Assembly: GCA_036918135.1 (NCBI GenBank)
Contig: JBALDB010000021.1
Span: 1 to 62,826, forward strand
From: Nostoc sp.
GTDB lineage: Bacteria > Cyanobacteriota > Cyanobacteriia > Cyanobacteriales > Nostocaceae
DNA length: 62,826 bases
Reading direction: 5' to 3'
The notes beneath the pieces were generated by a model. It did no database searches and had not been told where the DNA came from. It saw nothing but the letters and a program-made list of their open reading frames with translations. The translations under genes were made by a program, and so were the position numbers. This document shows, one piece after another, positions 10,420 to 21,782 of the stretch. How positions within the stretch are numbered: position 1 is the first letter of the stretch; each line of letters opens with the position of its first letter.

Positions 10420-10590
10420 TATTTGTAATACAATATATCCAGTAGAACCCAGAAAGACATTTTCCTCTGTATTGGACTTGCCACTTAACTGGGCATTCAG
10501 CACTATTTCTGTAAATGCCCACATATCATCATATTTTCAAGCAATAAGCTGATTGAATTTTACTTATTGTCTAATAGTGAGGATTGCCTA

Positions 10591-11394
10591 CTAGCCGTGT
10601 AGTTGAATTCTGGGAAACATATCACAGTCAATCGGCTCACCAGGTTTTTTAGCTTTGAATGAATTAAATTCTGGCAAATCAATTTCCTCATGAGGTTTGA
10701 AAGGCCACGCTTTCGGGCGGTGATAATAAGTAACATCATCGCCAGTCCAGTTAGTCACCACTGCACGTCGTTCTGTGGGAGACACATTAGTTACTGAATG
10801 ATGAATTGTCAGAAAATGATGAATTAAGCAATCTCCAGGTTCCATATTCCAAGAGAGAAGTTCGTGGGGTTCTGGCTCTACAAACCAGGAGGGGTTCGAC
10901 CCTTCGCGTAACTCTTTATCCCATCGATGAGAACCTTTGATATACTCTAATCGACCATTTTCTTGGTTGGCAGTATCTAGAGTCAGCCAAATTTTACAAC
11001 ACTGCCAGCCTTGTATAGGCCAGTAAGGTAGATCGTTATGCCACCCAACACGGCTATTCGCTTTCGGCTTCTTCACAAAAAAACCATCACCCAAAAAGTT
11101 GAGTTTTTCCGACTTTAAAACTTGAGCTGCGAGCATTGCTAATGGAGATTCAAAAACCAAAGCACGGAAATCAGTATCAACCAGCCATAGGCTACTAGCA
11201 TGTTCTACACGACCTTCGGGCCTTGGAGCATTCTTCTCCTCCAGAGGACCAGCAATTAAAATATTCTTGTCAACTGCTGCTCGCATTCGTTTTACCCAGG
11301 TACCATCCACAGCATTTTTGACGCAGATAACGCCATCTCGCTCGTAAGCTTCAACTTGTTGAGGGCTAATTTTTTGTGTGTCTACCTTGAACAT
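10591..11394 (-). CDS. mysH: Fe(II)/2-oxoglutarate dioxygenase, PhyH family; likely palythine-forming MysH
   Basis: WHND(HxD)...HHS iron triad, YERDGV, MEPGD; adjacent to MFS and mysABCD. Confidence 0.8.
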   Translation of the reverse strand: MFKVDTQKISPQQVEAYERDGVICVKNAVDGTWVKRMRAAVDKNILIAGPLEEKNAPRPEGRVEHASSLWLVDTDFRALVFESPLAMLAAQVLKSEKLNFLGDGFFVKKPKANSRVGWHNDLPYWPIQGWQCCKIWLTLDTANQENGRLEYIKGSHRWDKELREGSNPSWFVEPEPHELLSWNMEPGDCLIHHFLTIHHSVTNVSPTERRAVVTNWTGDDVTYYHRPKAWPFKPHEEIDLPEFNSFKAKKPGEPIDCDMFPRIQLHG

Positions 11395-11607
11395 TTTATC
11401 TTTTTGCAGATTTTGAAATTAAACTATTTTGGAACGCAACTGCTAAATGCATATCAGCCGCTCCCAAAAGGATTTCTGGACTTGATTTTACTGAGGATCG
11501 ACTTTCTCAGGATCTAACAAGCTTTTTCACTATAAAGTAGATATCGAGTTAGTAATTCTTTCTGTAGATGGACTATTTGTTGACATCCGCAGTTAAATAA
11601 TTTCATC

Positions 11608-13053
11608 CTAACTACCGAGATCCTTTTTAATCATCAGTGGTATAAGTGAGGCTAGGCGTAATATACCAGATACAATGAAAACTTCCTGTATGCCAAAAGA
11701 CCCAGTAAATTGAGCGATAAAGCCACCTATAGTTGCTCCTAAAGCACCACTTACCCCAGCAATAGCAGCTGCGATCGCAAAATAGATAGACTGATTTTTT
11801 ACTGGTGCAATCTCTATTTGAATATTGTTGTTAGATAAATCAACTCCTCCCCAATTAGCACCAATGAAAATGTGTAACAAAGGTAACCATAGCCAGAGAT
11901 CCAAAGGACTAGAACCAACTAGCAACCACAACCAGGGTATAACTGCAATTAGAATTCCTGTAGAAATTAGAATTGGACGATTGCCAATTTTATCTACTAC
12001 TTTACCCCAGACAAGCAGCATCGCCATATGTGCCCCAGCTCGCAAACTGTTATAGAAAGTTACCCAACTCACATCCAGATTTAGTGTATCTAGCAAGTAA
12101 AGGTTAAAAAATGGGGCACTGAGGTTAACCGCAAGCGTCCATAAGCCTAAATAAACCAGAAACACTAAAAAATTAGAGTTTTTCCAAATGGTGCTAACTA
12201 TATCGTTTTCTGGTGTCAGTATTTGCGGTAAAGAGACTTCTTGAGATGTTCCCTCAAGTTCATTTGGTGACGAGTCTACCTCAATCTCACTAGTTTGAGA
12301 TGAGCTAGTATGATAGGTATTTTGTAATCGGGGATTCATATCTATCTGAAAATACTGACACCCCAAGCTAATAATTCCAAAGAAAATACCTACTAACAAA
12401 ATTACTCCATAACCTTGGATAGGCCCCCCATACCAATGTGATACAGCTAAACCAGCTAAGGGCAAGCCCACCAACTCGGTGAGGTTAGCAAGGCTATTGC
12501 GTAGCCCGAAATATCTACCTCGCAATTGTCGTGGGACTAACATTGCTATCCAACTCAACCATGATGCAATTCCTAATCCTCCTAAAAGATGGGTGCATAC
12601 GAGAATCGAGAGCGATAGTATTACCAATTGGCTTGAATTGAGCCATCCCCAGCTATAGCTAGCAATGCCAATCACTAAAATTAGCCACAGTAATCGAGCA
12701 ATTCCGTGTGTCCGCAGTGAATACTGAAAGCGGCTACTACTGCGTTCAGACAAGTAAGCACCTATAGGCTGAAACAGATGTAGCAACATAGGAATAGAGG
12801 ACATCATGCCAAAGACCACCGGACTGGCACCCAACCCCACCAAAAAATTACCCAGCATAACTCCACCAGTGGCAATAGAGAAAACTGCTGCGAAAATACC
12901 ATCGACAGTGGAAGCCCTCAAACTAGTGCGGCGCGCATCTTTAGAAATACGAGAGCTGGGTATTGAGGTTGGAGAAAGTGTTGCTGATGGTGAAACAATT
13001 TGGGCGATTTCTACAGAAACAGGTGCATCTGTTTCAACCGGAACATAATCCAT
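11608..13053 (-). CDS. MFS transporter associated with MAA cluster
   Basis: About 12 TM segments; LVPRQLRGRYFGLR and GKVVDKIGNRP motifs; ATG 13053. Confidence 0.88.
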   Translation of the reverse strand: MDYVPVETDAPVSVEIAQIVSPSATLSPTSIPSSRISKDARRTSLRASTVDGIFAAVFSIATGGVMLGNFLVGLGASPVVFGMMSSIPMLLHLFQPIGAYLSERSSSRFQYSLRTHGIARLLWLILVIGIASYSWGWLNSSQLVILSLSILVCTHLLGGLGIASWLSWIAMLVPRQLRGRYFGLRNSLANLTELVGLPLAGLAVSHWYGGPIQGYGVILLVGIFFGIISLGCQYFQIDMNPRLQNTYHTSSSQTSEIEVDSSPNELEGTSQEVSLPQILTPENDIVSTIWKNSNFLVFLVYLGLWTLAVNLSAPFFNLYLLDTLNLDVSWVTFYNSLRAGAHMAMLLVWGKVVDKIGNRPILISTGILIAVIPWLWLLVGSSPLDLWLWLPLLHIFIGANWGGVDLSNNNIQIEIAPVKNQSIYFAIAAAIAGVSGALGATIGGFIAQFTGSFGIQEVFIVSGILRLASLIPLMIKKDLGS

Positions 13054-13540
13054 AAATCTAGTACTTAAGAAAATAATAGTGGAGCATCCCAATTAGAGCG
13101 TATCTATAAAATCCATAAAAAAGGAAGGGGAGAAAGAGAAAGCCAAAGGCAACGCAATAGCTTGAAAACAGGAATTTCTCATCAAAACGCCTGAAATTAG
13201 CCATATAAAGACTCACAAGAAAATTTTTCCTTTTCAAAAAGAAGTCACTTGCCTAAACCTTTATCCGTAGGTAGGATACTTCAACGGGATAAGGGGAAGA
13301 AATTGAACCAGTCAACTAGTAAACACTAAATAGTCTATTAAGTATATTGTAGGGGGTTTTAACCTACCAGTGTGACACCAATGAGTAAAAGACTTAAATT
13401 CTAAAGAATAAATCGATCGCTACTGAGTGTTAAAGATTTTACCCAGATGAGCAGCAACTTGCTAAACAACTGTGTATCTATGCGATTATTACATGAATGA
13501 TGTCAGATTCTCCGGCCACCCAAAGATTAACTTTCTAAAA

Positions 13541-13612
13541 AACTTCCAAATAAAAAACATCCCAAATTTTCTTCTGGGATGGGTGTCCTCACCAGTCCAA
13601 TATTCAGGGCAA
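13541..13612 (-). repeat. REP-like dispersed repeat (related copy at 45403-45479)
   Basis: Reverse complement aligns with GCCCTAAATATCAGACGAGTGAGGAAAACCATCCCATCAGAAAATTTGG at about 45407. Confidence 0.6.
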
Positions 13613-14203
13613 GCTTCTTTGCCATAAAAGGGATAATTTATTCTCTCGAAATCCTTAAATAAAAATAAAATCTCAAGCTCTCTAATCCTCAAAATCTACT
13701 TTTTTTTTATTTGAAATCTACCTTTGGTGTAGGTGCAATATTTGAAAAATAGTGGTATGTTAAATAATGTAAATAACTGTCTAAGCTTCCGTGAGCAAGT
13801 AAAATCATTCTTCTAGCTTGCCTCTAACGACTATTCACCTACTCCAAATCCATAATTCTTTAGCTGGACATAGCGTTAACAGTCTGATAATCTGAGAAAA
13901 ACCATCAAGTTTTGTTGCTTAAATTTGCAGTATCCTTAAGGTCAAGCGAAGACTTAAGGTCTTTTGTTGTCCTGATGAAATGACAGTAGATGCACTTTAT
14001 TTTAATAGTGCTATATTTTGTGATTTCTAAATCTGCAATCTAACAAAACTTCATTGAGATATGCCTTTTTTCCTCGCGAATCACAGGCTATTTACTTGTG
14101 ACGTAATTTTTGCAAGTTAAGTCATCATGCTTGAGAAGTACTTACACTTCTTAATAGCATCTACATCAAAGTTACAACTTATTTCAACTAGAGGGTAAAA
14201 TTT

Positions 14204-15436
14204 GTGAGCATTGTTCAAACAAAACTTGAAGTTACTGAAACTAAATTTCACGTAGAGGCTTATGAAAAGATTGAGTACGACTTAGTTTATGTAGATGGTG
14301 TTTTTGATGTTGCTAATCCAGAGCTTGCAGAGATATATAGGAGTTTTGGAAGATGCCTAGCTGTTATCGATACTAATGTCAACAATTTTTACGGTACTCA
14401 AATTGAGAAATATTTCCGCTATTACGGTATCGATTTGAGGATTTTTGCTCTAACTATTAGCGAACCAAACAAATCTATCCAAACTTTTGAGAAGATTATT
14501 GATGTGTTCGCAGACTTCAAACTAGTCCGTAAAGAGCCAGTATTAGTCATAGGTGGAGGTTTAATTACAGACGTTGTAGGTTTTGCTTGCTCTACCTATC
14601 ACCGTAGTAGTAATTACATCCGGATTCCTACTTCTTTGATTGGTTTGATCGATGCTAGCGTCGCTATCAAAGTGGCAGTTAATCATCGGAAGCTAAAAAA
14701 TCGTTTGGGTGCTTATCACGCTTCCCAAAAAGTTTTATTAGACTTTTCTCTGTTGGGGACATTACCAACAAATCAAGTGCGTAATGGAATGTCAGAATTA
14801 GTCAAAATTGCTGTAGTCGCTCAAAAGGATGTGTTTGAGTGGTTAGAAAAGTATGGCAAAGAACTGCTTGACACTCACTTTGGGAACCTTGATGCAACTC
14901 CAGAGATTAAACAGATGGCTCACCGTCTAACTCACGAAGCTATCAAAAAAATGTTGGAGTTAGAAGTACCCAACCTCCACGAACTAGATTTGGATAGAGC
15001 AATTGCTTACGGACATACTTGGAGTCCGACTTTAGAACTTGCACCACACATCCCGATGTTTCATGGACATGCGGTGAGTATTGATATGGCGTTATCTGCA
15101 ACCATTGCAGGCAATAAAGGCTATATCACAAATGCAGAACGCGATCGCATTTTAAGATTAATCAGCGATTTAGGGTTGGCTCTCGACCATCCTTTATTGG
15201 ATGAAGAACTGTTATGGAAAGCTACCCAATCTATTACCCTAACACGGGATGGTTTGTTAAGAGCTGCTATGCCCAGACCAATTGGAACTTGCTTCTTTAT
15301 GAACGATTTGACACGGGAAGAATTGGCACAAGGTTTGGCAGAACATAAGCAGCTTTGCGTTACCTATCCTCGTGGTGGTGAAGGTGTAGATATGTACCCC
15401 GTTTATCAGACAGAACTTGTTGGGAGTACAATATAA
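14204..15436 (+). CDS. mysA: Sedoheptulose 7-phosphate cyclase (demethyl-4-deoxygadusol synthase)
   Basis: [42 protein letters not shown] and HGHAV motifs. Confidence 0.95.
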   Translation: MSIVQTKLEVTETKFHVEAYEKIEYDLVYVDGVFDVANPELAEIYRSFGRCLAVIDTNVNNFYGTQIEKYFRYYGIDLRIFALTISEPNKSIQTFEKIIDVFADFKLVRKEPVLVIGGGLITDVVGFACSTYHRSSNYIRIPTSLIGLIDASVAIKVAVNHRKLKNRLGAYHASQKVLLDFSLLGTLPTNQVRNGMSELVKIAVVAQKDVFEWLEKYGKELLDTHFGNLDATPEIKQMAHRLTHEAIKKMLELEVPNLHELDLDRAIAYGHTWSPTLELAPHIPMFHGHAVSIDMALSATIAGNKGYITNAERDRILRLISDLGLALDHPLLDEELLWKATQSITLTRDGLLRAAMPRPIGTCFFMNDLTREELAQGLAEHKQLCVTYPRGGEGVDMYPVYQTELVGSTI

Positions 15437-16272
15437 TGTCTACTACAATTGCCAAGCCTACAGCTAGACCCGTCACGCCAGTAGGAATCTTAGCAAAGAA
15501 GTTAGAAGCTATTGTCCAAGAGATTAACCAACGCTCAGACTTACCTGCGGAGTTAGTTGCTAACCTCAATCAAGCATGGTGTTTGGCAGCTGGTTTAGAT
15601 CCTTACTTGGAAGAATATACTACCCCTGAATCAGCGGCTTTAACCGCACTTGCCGAAAAAACCTCAAATGAAGCATGGCAAGAACACTTTAGTGAAGGAA
15701 CAACAGTACGACCTCTAGAGCAAGAGATGCTATCTGGTCATGTAGAAGGACAAACACTGAAAATGTTTGTTCATATGACCAAGGCCGAAAGAGTACTGGA
15801 AATCGGGATGTTCACAGGTTATTCTGCACTGGCAATGGCAGAAGCATTACCAAAAGATGGAGTGTTAGTTGCTTGCGAAGTAGACCCCTTTGCCGCAGAA
15901 GTTGCCCAAGCGGCTTTTAATCAATCTCCTGACGGTCAAAAAATCCGCGTGGAATTAGGGTCAGCTTTACAAACCTTAGATAAGTTGGTAGCAGCTGGAG
16001 AATCATTCGATCTAGTGTTTATTGACGCAGATAAAAAGGAGTATATAACCTACTTCCAAATATTGCTAGACACTAATTTGCTAGCACCGTCAGGATTTAT
16101 TTGTGTAGATAATACACTGCTGCAAGGAGAGGTTTATTTAGCTGGACAACAACGCACCGCCAACGGCGAAGCGATCGCTCAATTTAATCGTGCTGTAGCA
16201 CTCGATCCTCGTGTAGAACAGGTAATATTACCACTACGGGATGGCTTGACAATTATCCGCAAAGCTGCGTGA
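15436..16272 (+). CDS. mysB: O-methyltransferase (4-deoxygadusol formation)
   Basis: VLEIGMFTGYSAL and FDLVFIDADK; overlaps the mysA stop. Confidence 0.95.
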   Translation: MSTTIAKPTARPVTPVGILAKKLEAIVQEINQRSDLPAELVANLNQAWCLAAGLDPYLEEYTTPESAALTALAEKTSNEAWQEHFSEGTTVRPLEQEMLSGHVEGQTLKMFVHMTKAERVLEIGMFTGYSALAMAEALPKDGVLVACEVDPFAAEVAQAAFNQSPDGQKIRVELGSALQTLDKLVAAGESFDLVFIDADKKEYITYFQILLDTNLLAPSGFICVDNTLLQGEVYLAGQQRTANGEAIAQFNRAVALDPRVEQVILPLRDGLTIIRKAA

Positions 16273-16278
16273 TTGATT

Positions 16279-17673
16279 ATGGCACAATCTATTTCTGTTT
16301 CTGGTTCACCTGCTATACCGTCTTTTTCTCTAAAGACAAAAATAGTCGTAATTATCCAAAACATTTTGACTTTGGCTCTGCTATTATTAGCACTGCCAAT
16401 CAATGCCACCATCGTTTTAGTAACTTTGTTGTGGCATACTATCTCCCGTCCTTTCCAACATTCAGCTACCAAAGCAGCAAACCCGAAAAATATTTTAATC
16501 AGTGGCGCTAAGATGACCAAAGCTTTACAGCTAGCGCGGTCATTTCATACTGCTGGACACAGAGTTGTGCTGCTAGAAACCCACAAATATTGGCTATCTG
16601 GGCATCGATTTTCTCAAGCTGTAGACAAGTTTTATACTGTTCCGGCACCCCAAGAAAACCCAGAACGTTATACTCAGGCTTTGATAGACATCATCAAACA
16701 AGAAAATATTGATGTCTATATTCCAGTAACTAGTCCAGTGGGCAGCTACTACGACTCCTTGGCCAAACCATCGCTGTCGGAGTACTGTGAAGTATTTCAC
16801 TTTGATGCAGATATTACCCAGAAATTGGATGATAAATTTGAGCTTGCCGAAACAGCGCGATCGCTTGGTTTATCAGTACCTAAATCTTTTAAAATTACCT
16901 CTGCCGAACAAGTTCTAAATTTCGACTTCTCTGGGGAATCTCGCAAATATATCCTCAAAAGTATTCCTTACGACTCAGTACGGCGTTTAGACTTAACTAA
17001 GCTCCCTTGTACTACCCCTGAAGAAACAGCCGCATTCGTCAAAAGCTTGCCAATCAGCCCGGAAAAGCCTTGGATTATGCAAGAATTTATCCCTGGTGAA
17101 GAATTTTGCACCCATAGCACTGTCCGGGACGGGGAATTACGACTACATTGCTGCTGTGAATCTTCAGCCTTTCAAGTCAACTATGAAAACATTGAAAATT
17201 CTCAAATCAGGGAATGGATAAGGCATTTCGTCAAAGAACTGAAACTTACAGGACAGATTTCCTTTGACTTCATTCAAGCTGAGGATGGTACAGTTTACGC
17301 TATTGAGTGTAATCCGCGCACGCACTCTGCAATTACTACTTTCTACGACCATCCTAAAGTTGCCCAAGCTTACCTCGATGGAGAACCGATGGCTGAGACA
17401 TTACAGCCATTATCAACTAGTAAACCCACCTATTGGACTTACCATGAAGTGTGGCGTTTGACTAGCATCCATTCTTTGAAACAATTGAAAAAATGGATTG
17501 CAAATATTTGGCGGGGAACTGATGCAATTTACAAACCAGACGATCCCTTACCGTTTTTAATGGTGCATCATTGGCAAATTCCTTTACTCTTGCTGAATAA
17601 TTTAGGCAAACTTAAAGGCTGGACGCGAATAGACTTCAACATCGGCAAATTAGTCGAATTAGGGGGAGATTAG
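16279..17673 (+). CDS. mysC: ATP-grasp ligase (mycosporine-glycine synthase)
   Basis: GAKMTKALQLARSF, QEFIPG and IECNPRTHS; operon position. Confidence 0.95.
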   Translation: MAQSISVSGSPAIPSFSLKTKIVVIIQNILTLALLLLALPINATIVLVTLLWHTISRPFQHSATKAANPKNILISGAKMTKALQLARSFHTAGHRVVLLETHKYWLSGHRFSQAVDKFYTVPAPQENPERYTQALIDIIKQENIDVYIPVTSPVGSYYDSLAKPSLSEYCEVFHFDADITQKLDDKFELAETARSLGLSVPKSFKITSAEQVLNFDFSGESRKYILKSIPYDSVRRLDLTKLPCTTPEETAAFVKSLPISPEKPWIMQEFIPGEEFCTHSTVRDGELRLHCCCESSAFQVNYENIENSQIREWIRHFVKELKLTGQISFDFIQAEDGTVYAIECNPRTHSAITTFYDHPKVAQAYLDGEPMAETLQPLSTSKPTYWTYHEVWRLTSIHSLKQLKKWIANIWRGTDAIYKPDDPLPFLMVHHWQIPLLLLNNLGKLKGWTRIDFNIGKLVELGGD

Positions 17674-17700
17674 TACCGAGGCTGAGTGAAAGTGTGATTT

Positions 17701-17915
17701 CACGCAGAGGCGCAGCAGAAAGTTCCGAGCGGAGGTTTCCTCCACTCGGAACTTTCCAAGACAGAGTCGTAGAGGAAGAGAATGAGAGTTTGAACTATTT
17801 TGGTGTTGCACAAATAATGAAATCTCTCTAAAACTCCTCATCCTCTCTGCACCTTTGCACGACGCCAGTTACTACAACCTGGGTAACCCGCGCAATGCAC
17901 TGGTTCCTCTGCGTG
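17701..17915. repeat. Nested dispersed-repeat composite with strong hairpin between mysC and mysD
   Basis: Outer CACGCAGAGG...CCTCTGCGTG inverted ends; inner AAAGTTCCGAGCGGAGG/CCTCCACTCGGAACTTT hairpin. Confidence 0.7.
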
Positions 17916-17958
17916 ATATAAATTATCTAACGCTAAACAGTAGATAAGAACATAAACC

Positions 17959-18990
17959 ATGCCAGTACTTCGTATCCTTCATTTAGTTGGCTCTGCACAG
18001 GATGATTTTTACTGCGATTTGTCACGGCTTTATGCACAAGAGTGTTTAGCAGCAACAGCAGATGCATCGCGCTATGACTTTCAGATTGCATACATTACAC
18101 CCGATGGCCAGTGGCGATTTCCCCAGTCTCTCAGCCCTGAAGATATTGCCGAGTCTAAACCGATTCCTTTGTTTGATGCCATAGAATTTATCACAGGGCA
18201 AAACATTGACATCATGTTACCACACATGTTTTGTATTCCTGGAATGACTCACTACCGCGCTCTATTCGACCTGCTCAAGATCCCTTACATAGGTAATACT
18301 CCAGATCTGATGGCAATAACGGCTCACAAAGCCAGAACCAAAGCAATTGTCGAAGCAGCAGGGGTGAAAGTACCTCGTGGAGAACTGCTGCACCAAGGAG
18401 ATGTTCCAACAATTACACCGCCAGCAATTATCAAACCTGTAGATTCTGACAACTCTCTAGGGGTGACTTTAGTTAAAGAGGCTACCGAGTATGACGCCGC
18501 CTTGAAGAAAGCATTTGAACATGCTTCGGAGGTGATTGTAGAAACATTCATCGAAGTCGGTCGAGAAGTCAGATGTGGGATCGTTGTTAAAGACGGGGAA
18601 TTAATCGGTTTACCCTTAGAAGAGTATCTGGTAGACCCTCAGGAAAAACCTATCCGCAGCTATGCTGATAAACTCATACGAACGGACGATGGGAACTTGG
18701 GTTACGCTGCTAAAGGTAATAAAAAGTCTTGGATTGTAGACCCTAATGACCCAAGCACCCAAAAGGTTCAGGAAGTGGCTAAGAAGTGTCATCAGGCTTT
18801 AGGCTGTCGCCACTACAGCTTATTTGACTTCCGCATCGACCCAGAGGGACAACCTTGGTTTTTAGAAGCCGGGTTGTATTGTTCTTTTGCCCATAAAAGT
18901 GTAATTTCCTCTATGGCCAAAGTAGCAGGAATTCCTCTAGATGAGTTATTGATAATGGCTATCAATGAAACCTTGGGCAGTAATAAATAG
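17959..18990 (+). CDS. mysD: D-Ala-D-Ala ligase-like MAA amino-acid ligase
   Basis: LHLVGS..DDFYCDLSRLYA, SDNSLG and SLFDFRIDP..QPWFLEAGLYCSF. Confidence 0.93.
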   Translation: MPVLRILHLVGSAQDDFYCDLSRLYAQECLAATADASRYDFQIAYITPDGQWRFPQSLSPEDIAESKPIPLFDAIEFITGQNIDIMLPHMFCIPGMTHYRALFDLLKIPYIGNTPDLMAITAHKARTKAIVEAAGVKVPRGELLHQGDVPTITPPAIIKPVDSDNSLGVTLVKEATEYDAALKKAFEHASEVIVETFIEVGREVRCGIVVKDGELIGLPLEEYLVDPQEKPIRSYADKLIRTDDGNLGYAAKGNKKSWIVDPNDPSTQKVQEVAKKCHQALGCRHYSLFDFRIDPEGQPWFLEAGLYCSFAHKSVISSMAKVAGIPLDELLIMAINETLGSNK

Positions 18991-19210
18991 AATTTGCCTG
19001 AAGTTGGGTGATAAAACTAGACCTATCTTTTTTACCAGAAATTGCTACATATTTTTTTAAATTAGTACTTATTTTTTGTGGATTGTCAATTGTTGCTGTT
19101 GACTTTCTGGATCTTCAATTCTTGCTAAATAATTCATGGTGAGTTCTACTTGACCTCAAAAGTCAATGCAAAAAGTACCATTATACTATTGATACTATTA
19201 CTATCATCAT

Positions 19211-19726
19211 TTACTGCTGCTGTAAATATTGCTCATAACCAAGTTGTTCTAGTTTGGTTTGCTTGGTGATTACTGATTCTGATAGTGTTTGGCGGTATTG
19301 TTGGACTTTTTCTAGCAATTCTGGTTGCGCTGTTGCAAGTATTTGTACTGCTAAAAGTCCAGCATTTTTGGCATTACCGATCGCCACTGTAGCTACGGGA
19401 ATACCAGCAGGCATTTGTACTATTGAATACAAGGAATCCAGCCCTTGCAAGTTCCGGGTGGGTACGGGAACACCGATAACAGGAAGGGGAGTTAAAGAGG
19501 CTACCATTCCAGGTAGATGAGCAGCACCACCCGCACCAGCAATAATTACTTTGATACCGCGTTGGTGTGCGAGTTTAGCATATTCCACCATGCGTTCTGG
19601 GGTACGATGAGCCGAAATAATCGCCACTTCGCTTTCAATGCCAAATTCGTCACAAATTGCGATCGCGTCTTTCATAGTGGGCAAATCGGAATCGCTGCCC
19701 ATGATAATACTAACTAAAGGAGTCAT
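19211..19726 (-). CDS. purE: N5-CAIR mutase
   Basis: [25 protein letters not shown] and SIVQMP; ATG 19726. Confidence 0.97.
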   Translation of the reverse strand: MTPLVSIIMGSDSDLPTMKDAIAICDEFGIESEVAIISAHRTPERMVEYAKLAHQRGIKVIIAGAGGAAHLPGMVASLTPLPVIGVPVPTRNLQGLDSLYSIVQMPAGIPVATVAIGNAKNAGLLAVQILATAQPELLEKVQQYRQTLSESVITKQTKLEQLGYEQYLQQQ

Positions 19727-19792
19727 AGAATTTTGAATTAACGAGCAATTGTTCAATCTAAAATCAGATTTAGCTATATTCTCCTGAATGTG

Positions 19793-20962
19793 ATGACTCA
19801 AGCAACACAAAGTGCCCTAGAAATTATCAATGCTAGAGTACCTGGTTACAAAGATTTACAAATGCTCTTGGTTAATCGAGAGGGGATAATCGAGCAAATC
19901 TTGCCAATGAGTACAGTAGAGATACACAGCGATGCAACCGTACTAAATGTAGCAGGTGACTGGATTTCTCTTGGCGGCGTTGATTTGCAAATTAACGGTG
20001 CATTGGGCTTGGCATTTCCTGATTTGAGGACTGAAAACGCTCATCTTCTGGAGAAAATAACGCAATATTTGTGGGATGTAGGAGTAGATGGATTTTTACC
20101 GACACTTGTAACAACTTCGATAGAAAATATTCAGCGATCGCTTGCGGTTATTGCTAATTTTACTGAAAAAGAGAGCTTGAGAGGGAAGTCGTGCGCCAAA
20201 ATTCTCGGAGTACATTTAGAAGGGCCATTTTTAAATTTCCAAAAGCGCGGCGCACACCCAGCAGAGTACTTGTTACCCTTAACGATTGACGACGTAAAGC
20301 GGGTTTTGGGAGATTATGCTCGGCTGGTGAAAGTTATCACCTTAGCGCCAGAATTAGATTCCACTGGTGAAGTAATTCCATATTTGTGTTCTTTGGGAAT
20401 TACCGTTAGTTTAGGACATTCCCAGGCAACGGCTGCCCAAGCACAACGCGCCTTTGAACTAGGCGCAACGATGGTAACCCATGCTTTCAACACTATGCCA
20501 CCACTACATCATCGCGAACCTGGGTTATTGGGGGCAGCAATTATCCATCCAGATGTGATGTGTAGTTTTATTGCCGATGGAGAGCATGTTTCCCCCACTA
20601 TGCTGCAAATTTTACTGCGTGCTAGCTATCAAGAAAAGGGGCTGTTTCTGGTTAGCGATGCCCTGGCACCTCTGGGATTACCCGATGGAGTCTATCCTTG
20701 GGACACTCGACAAATTGAAGTCAAAAACGGTACGGCACGATTACCAGATGGCACATTATCAGGAACTACTTTACCCTTGTTGGTGGGGGCGCAGAATTTA
20801 GTGAAGTGGGGAATTTGTGACGTAGAAAGTGCGATTTTATTAGCTACGAATGCACCAAGAGAGGCAATTGGCTTATCAGGAATTGTTTCACTTCAAACCG
20901 CCAACTTATTACGCTGGCATTGGGATCGACAGACAAAAGAACTATCTTGGCAACGATTATAA
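19793..20962 (+). CDS. nagA: N-acetylglucosamine-6-phosphate deacetylase
   Basis: DLQING, HLEGPF, RGAH, TLAPE, THAFN and IADGEH motifs. Confidence 0.95.
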   Translation: MTQATQSALEIINARVPGYKDLQMLLVNREGIIEQILPMSTVEIHSDATVLNVAGDWISLGGVDLQINGALGLAFPDLRTENAHLLEKITQYLWDVGVDGFLPTLVTTSIENIQRSLAVIANFTEKESLRGKSCAKILGVHLEGPFLNFQKRGAHPAEYLLPLTIDDVKRVLGDYARLVKVITLAPELDSTGEVIPYLCSLGITVSLGHSQATAAQAQRAFELGATMVTHAFNTMPPLHHREPGLLGAAIIHPDVMCSFIADGEHVSPTMLQILLRASYQEKGLFLVSDALAPLGLPDGVYPWDTRQIEVKNGTARLPDGTLSGTTLPLLVGAQNLVKWGICDVESAILLATNAPREAIGLSGIVSLQTANLLRWHWDRQTKELSWQRL

Positions 20963-21137
20963 AATTTTTTGTTGGGAGCGATCGCTTGGCGTAATATTTG
21001 CCAACTATATTACAGCAACTTTACATTAATTTACAATCGTAACTCACTTTTTCTCACCGACACAGCGTTCGGTCTAAGAGTATAAATAATTTAATCTCAA
21101 ATATAGCTGCCTCCTGCTATACCTGCGATTTCAAGCA

Positions 21138-21662
21138 ATGAAAAATAATCATAGCAGTATTCAAATTACGAAAATTCTTATATCTCTAATAGGTATAATT
21201 TTCGCAGTTCTACACACTAGAAAAATCCTCTACTTTGATACTCAAGGATTAATTCTTGTCGTCATAGCTTTTCTGCCTTGGTTAACTGGCATTCTTTCAA
21301 AAGCAGAACTACCAGGAGGCTGGAAAATAGAGTTTATACAACAGATACAAGAAGAGCAAGTGAGACAAAAGTATGAAATTGAGCAACTCAAATTTTTAAT
21401 AGAAGGTTTTGTGACTGAAAACGAGTTAAATATTCTTAAAAGACTCAACTCATCAGAATCTTATTTAGTCAAAGTTGATAATACTTCTATTTTCTTTTCT
21501 AATGAATTGGATAGATTAAGAAGGCTGGGACTAATTTCAAACCGTGAAGGTAAAGGTAGAGCAACCCTGCTAAAAAATGACGGTCAAAAACGAGAAGTTA
21601 AAGAACACTTTTACATCACTGACAAAGGTCAAAGCTACCTGAAATTTAGAGAGTCTGCTTAA
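21138..21662 (+). CDS. Hypothetical protein with two TM helices and a possible C-terminal winged helix
   Basis: Two hydrophobic segments, PW...ELPGGWK, EL.RLRRLGLI...YITDKGQSYL; AT-rich. Confidence 0.75.
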   Translation: MKNNHSSIQITKILISLIGIIFAVLHTRKILYFDTQGLILVVIAFLPWLTGILSKAELPGGWKIEFIQQIQEEQVRQKYEIEQLKFLIEGFVTENELNILKRLNSSESYLVKVDNTSIFFSNELDRLRRLGLISNREGKGRATLLKNDGQKREVKEHFYITDKGQSYLKFRESA

Positions 21663-21782
21663 TGTTAAGGCAACTAAATAACTATTCTATTAAAGCAAGG
21701 TGGATAAATTTGATGTGTATTTGAATTTATCTGTAATTAGTGAGTTTATGTGAAGTTAGATAATTTAAATATTAGAGGAATA

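Noticed and set aside
13972..13982. CTGATGA as a hammerhead ribozyme core in the mysA leader
   Set aside because: I could not build the three stems with a correctly placed GAAA and cleavage triplet.
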